Assembly: GCA_964247055.1 (NCBI GenBank)
Contig: OZ176058.1
Span: 2,418,001-2,482,000 of the forward strand
Direction: 5' to 3'
Source: Paragordius varius
Taxonomy: Eukaryota; Animalia; Nematomorpha
DNA length: 64,000 nucleotides
Part shown: one piece after another, positions 38,581-64,000 of the stretch
Position numbering within the stretch: the first letter of the stretch is position 1
How the letters are laid out: each line of letters begins with the position of its first letter
Notes under the pieces: model-generated
Seen by the model: only the letters and a program-made list of their open reading frames with translations
Database searches by the model: none
Told to the model about the DNA's origin: nothing
Position numbers and translations under genes: made by a program

Positions 38581-41500
38581 CCTAAACTAATGCTACATGT
38601 CCGAGATACGGTGTTCGGGGCCCAAATCTAGGTTCGCCATAATATAAAAAAATAGTTTTTTATGTAAGTGGTAATGCTTATACTATTAGTTTTTTTGTGT
38701 ATTGTCCACATATATGGCAAACAATATTTTTATCCATCCTAAAATTATAAATATATATATACTTGGGTAGTAATTATATTTTTTGTACATTTTGGGTATA
38801 TAATAGTGTTTCTTGATGAAAAAGCTGATATGGAGTATATTTAAGTGTGGGAAATATTTAAAAATATCATATGAAATAAAGAATATATTATATGCAGCTG
38901 AGTAAAATTTAGCTTTTTTTACATAAAAAAAAGCAACAAAAAAGCTGTAAAAATTAAATTTATTTTTTAAAATAAAAGTCCACAAAGCTATTACAAAGTG
39001 ATATTTATACTTAAAGAAACATCATTAACATCCACGAACATATAATAAAGTTTGTTCTGATTTAATAAATTGATAAAAAACATTTGTGTTAAAAAATGTT
39101 AAGTTACCCAATTTTTAAGGGTTTTTGCCCCCTAAAACAAAAAGTATTGGATTTTTTGAGTAATTTTTTTTTATTTTGAAGATAAATTGGTAATTTCTTC
39201 TAAAAATACTTATGTAAGCCACATATTATTTGTTTACATAGCGAAAAATATTTACAAACAAGAAAATTTTGGATATGTCCAAATATGGAAAAAGTCCCAT
39301 ATCTCGAAAACGAGCTGGGTAAATAAAAAAAATTTTTATGCAAATCTGATCACAATACTATAAGGAATCAGACTAAAACCGAAAGGTAAAAATTTCGTCA
39401 ACGTGACATATTTAAAATTGTAAAATTGAAATATTATACAAACTAAACCTTCTATTTCGATCAATGTTAGATGTAATTTATATAAAAAATTAGCTTTAGT
39501 TTTACCCTTAAAATTAAATAAAGATGATGTTTGCAAAAATTTTGTAAAAATAAAAATGGCGTCGAAGTAGTTTGACATGGAACTTTTTTTTCAAAACAAA
39601 ATTTTATCAAGATATTTTGGTATATTTATATAATTTTTATTAGGATAGAAGCATAAATTTAAATTGAGACCGTTTCCTTCAGTAGTTTTTTAAAATATTA
39701 ATTTAAATTTAGCCTGGGGAATTTAGATCCCCCAATTTGAATCGAAGTGTTAAAAACTTTTGTTCGGGATACCAAGAGTAAATTTTAAATATATATTTTT
39801 TAAAAACTACTAGAGTTATTTCTCTCTTGGCGGATGAATTAATTATCAAAATACTGAAAAGTGGCGGTCCCAATTCAAATTTTTCTTCTATCTAAAATTA
39901 TACCAGGCAAAATATATTTTAACGCTAAAAAGTAACAAAATATGGTTTGGTAGTTTTTACCGATGATATAGATATATTTTTTATTAGAATATCGAATAAA
40001 TTTTAAAAATGATATCCATAAACTTTTAGTTTTGAGCTTTATGAGTGATAATTAATACTTTTCGTTCTTTAACAAAAAATTGTAGATGTACAAATATTTA
40101 AATTAAATGAGAGAAATATTTATCTTATTACAAAGAAAGAGTTTTTTTATATGTCTGAAAGCGTTTTATACTATCTTCATCATGCCTCAAAATGTATACA
40201 AAAATTCAGCAAAAAAAATTGAAAAAAGTATGCATTTTTCTTAAATAATTTTAGTTCTAAAATTTAGCATGTATTTATAATTTTGACGCAATCCCACATT
40301 TTTGGGTTTGTATTTTGAACTTGTTTAAAACGAGCAAAAAAATTTGGTACTTAAAGCTGACTATAAAAACTATAATTTTCGTGTTGTTTTTTAAAAGGAT
40401 ATTTTTTAGTAATATTTTATGGAACAAATCATAAAGCATTTATTAAAAAATATCCGTAAATTTTGCTATTACTTATCTAGAGTACCACAAAACTGTATAG
40501 AACTAAAAATGACTCGTAGGGGCCAAAATAAAAAGCACTATCGTATCGGAATATTTTTGCATATTTAAACAGGTTGTGGACACAGTGTTGAATAAAAATA
40601 CATTTTTAAAATTGGATGCTGCATAAATACTTCGCTTCACAATTTATTTTCAAGCGTTTCTATTCAAATATTATAAAAATAAATTTGATTTTAAAAACCA
40701 AAAACAAACCTTTAAAAAAAATTTATGAAGCGATAGAAAATCATCGTTATTGAATTATCTTAAATCTCTTTATAATATTATAAAATCTTTTTATACCGCT
40801 AATTAAAAAAGAATAATATACGCTTGAGAAAAATATTTTTAGAAATTATATATTTAATTTATAGTAAAGCTTAAATTTTCTATTTTTATCGTGTATATTC
40901 TATGTTTTTGAGATGCAGACAAGAGCTAAATAGTCTGGAACTCGGAAAGCCCACATTTAAGATCTTTATTTTGCAATTTATATGTAGTTTCTATTTGCCA
41001 TCGGTTTTTCTATATTTTTTTATCAAAGCTAAATGCTTCTATATGTATAGTTACCAAAAAAGTGTAAATAACCTTATATAATTTGTTAAGTCCAAAACCA
41101 AAAAGACCATAATCCTAATACATTTATATCCGAATTAATATAATTTATTAGGATATATAATGTGCATAATTTTATCATTGATACAAAGGTGCTAAAAACT
41201 TTTTATAGCTCTAAGGCTCAAACCAAAAGACTGCAGATAATCCTGATGCATTTTCAATACGAAACATCGACAAGATAAATCCAGTGCTGTGTGTTATAAT
41301 GCAAAATATCGTCAAACGCAGTTAAGATGGGGTATTTAGCAAGCTTAAATTTTTTTTAAAATATATTTTCCAAAATCATGGCCTTTTTGACCATATTTTA
41401 ACAAAGTGGCTCAAGAAAGGCCACATTGAGTGTTTAAAAATTCTAAAAACCAAAATATAAAAACGCCGTTTTAAATTTTTATACCTTAACACTTCGATTC

Positions 41501-42273
41501 AAATTGGGGTATCTAAATACCCCAGGCTAAATTTAAATTAATATTTTTAAAAAACTACTGAAGGAAACGGTCTCAATTTAAATTTATACTTCTATCCTAA
41601 TAAAAATTATATAAATATACCAAAATATCTTGATAAAATTTTGTTTTGAAAAAAAGTTCCATGTCAAACTGCTTCGACGCCATTTTTATTTTACAAATAT
41701 TTTGCAATATATCGTCTTATAATAATTTTAAGGGTAAAATATAAGGTAATTTTTTATTTAAATTACATCTAACATTGATTGAAAAAGCGGTTTATTTTGT
41801 ATTATTATTTAATTTTACCATTTCACACATGTCACGTTGACGAAATTTTAACCTTTCGGTTTGGCTTAAAATAAGTAATATCAAGTATTTTTGAATAAGT
41901 TTTTTTATTTATTTCGTTTTATTAATGTTATATAAGTGCAAATTTTTGCCATGGTTTCGATTTCCAGACTTTTTAATGCATTTAATTTTAAACAGGCCTG
42001 GGGTATCCAACTACCCCAATTTGAATCGAAGGACTAAAATGAGTGTCTTGTATCCAAATGTTAAAACATGTGAAAACCTTGAAAAAGAGTAAGACAACTG
42101 GTTTTTCACTTTATGCGTTTCATGCCGTTTAAAAAATTAACAAGAGATTTTTCATTAAAGATATATTAATTATGGAATATTATCAATTGGAAATCAAGGG
42201 TATATGATTGTTTAATTTTATATATAATTGCGCTTTAACAAATAGCATTTTAATTTTATATCATTGTATTTAG

Positions 42274-62811
<20,538 letters not shown>

Positions 62812-63154
62812 GTTTAAAATTTTTTTTTTAAATTTTAAAAAGATAAATATTTTAAAAAATCATTTTTTTTACAAATTATATATATATATAATAATTTTTT
62901 TTACAATTTATATAAATAATAAAGTTTTTTATTAATTTTTAATAAAAAAAAGTATAATGAAAATAATTATTATTTTATAAAAAAATATTTGATATATAAT
63001 AAAAATACAATAAGAGGTGTTTAATGTATACACAGATTAGATAAAAAAACAAATATTTTGATTCGTAAAGAATTTCTAAAACTTGTTTTTTTTTATAAAA
63101 AAATATAATTTCTAAACAACAAAAATAAAAAATTACATTTATATCTAAATTAAA

Positions 63155-63940
63155 ATATTTACACTGCAATTTCACCCTTTAATTCAAATTCACCCTAAAA
63201 ATAAATTTTGTGTTTTTTAAGATTAAAAATTAGCTATATTTTTTATATTTATCAAAAATGAAATTTTGGTTAAAATTAAAATTATACTATAGAAAAAATA
63301 AAAAACTATGCCATAAAGATATATTTTATATAAGTAGATGGGTTATATTAGTTCATCGACAAAACACATAATTTATTTTTAGGGTTTCGAATTTGAATTG
63401 TTCAAGAGGGAAATTAAATTGTTCAAGGGTGAATTTAATTTTTTAGGCCTAAATAATTTAAGGGTAACTTTTAATTGTTTGACGGTTAATTTACATTTTT
63501 CCTAATATAAATTGTTCAAGGGTAAATTTTTATTGTTTAAGGGTAAATTTGAATTGTTTGAGGGCGAATTTGAATTGTTCAAGGGTTAATATGAATTGTT
63601 TAAGAATGAATTTGAATTGTGTAAGGGTAAATGAATTTTTCGAGGGTTAATGTAATTTTTTTTAAAAATATAAATTGTTTAAGGGTAATTTTGAATTGTT
63701 CGAGGGTTTATGTAATTCTTTAAGCTTGATATAAACTGTTCAAGGGTGAATTTTAAAATTGTTTAAGGGTAAATTTGAATTGTTCAAGGGCGAATTTGAA
63801 TTGTTCAAGGGTAAATTTGAATTTTTAAGCCTAATTTAAATTGTTCAAGGGTGAATTTTAAAATTGTTTAAGGGTGAACTTTAAAATTGTTCAAGGGTCG
63901 GAGGGTTAATATAATTTTTTAAGCTTAATTTTGTAAATGG
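63155..63940. mobile_element. Family-1 MITE with an expanded right-arm 21-bp array
   Basis: About 20 degenerate aagggtaaatttgaattgttc units ending tgtaaatgg. Confidence 0.75.
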
Positions 63941-64000
63941 TTTTTATATTTTTCATGAATTATAATTAAGTATACATGTCAATAATAAAAATTATTATAT

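Larger units (their letters stand above)
36572..39372 (-). mobile_element. Chapaev3-like (CMC) non-autonomous transposon with ~490-bp TIRs
   Basis: Left end TAA|CACTGTGAC; 36615-37110 is the inverted repeat of 38885-39372; right terminus truncated; transposase relic inside. Confidence 0.7.
36423..42060 (-). mobile_element. piggyBac-like element with ~570-bp inverted arms (left arm split by a Chapaev-like insertion) around a 1.7-kb core
   Basis: 36423-36571 plus 39373-39749 is the reverse complement of 41490-42060; TTAA at all four arm ends; core has weak minus-strand traces resembling piggyBac transposase (RFKQVQNTNPKMW.C.K; GKNYQTIF...IGT). Confidence 0.55.

Noticed and set aside
36379-39578. 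Several 60-100-aa AT-rich ORFs in the TE nest and other introns
   Set aside because: F/I/K/L/Y-rich composition expected from AT-rich non-coding DNA; many lie in inverted repeats
42058-42093. Possible E3 start exon ATG TTA AAA...AAG A|GTAAGA (phase fits)
   Set aside because: ATG lies in the piggyBac-like terminus and the peptide MLKHVKTLKK does not resemble the C2 first strand; likely chance

Overview
Very AT-rich (about 20% GC by eye, not computed) eukaryotic, most likely invertebrate animal, genomic DNA. I reconstructed two spliced genes by hand, with GT-AG boundaries and consistent intron phases. The first is a complete CDC50/TMEM30 flippase beta-subunit (minus strand, 7 exons, 25055-35992, 381 aa). 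The second is a partial C2-WW(x4)-HECT E3 ligase of the WWP1/ITCH/Su(dx) class (plus strand, 12 exons, 42274-62811; first exon not found, HECT runs off the window). 4.8-23.5 kb is a tandem array of about four 3-6.7 kb units carrying decayed exon-like islands. Transposons include a hAT/Buster element with perfect 8-bp TSD, a 1.5-kb non-autonomous LTR element with TSD and an empty sister site, Mag-type gypsy gag and integrase relics, a Chapaev3-like element nested in a piggyBac-like element, and two TA-flanked MITE families. The most striking signal: most intronic 'satellites' in both genes are polarised tandem echoes of the adjacent exon edge. Upstream introns hold acceptor plus exon 5' part; downstream introns hold exon 3' part plus donor, 1-15 copies each. 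In every echo I aligned by codon, differences from the live exon are mostly synonymous, which neutral decay does not predict.
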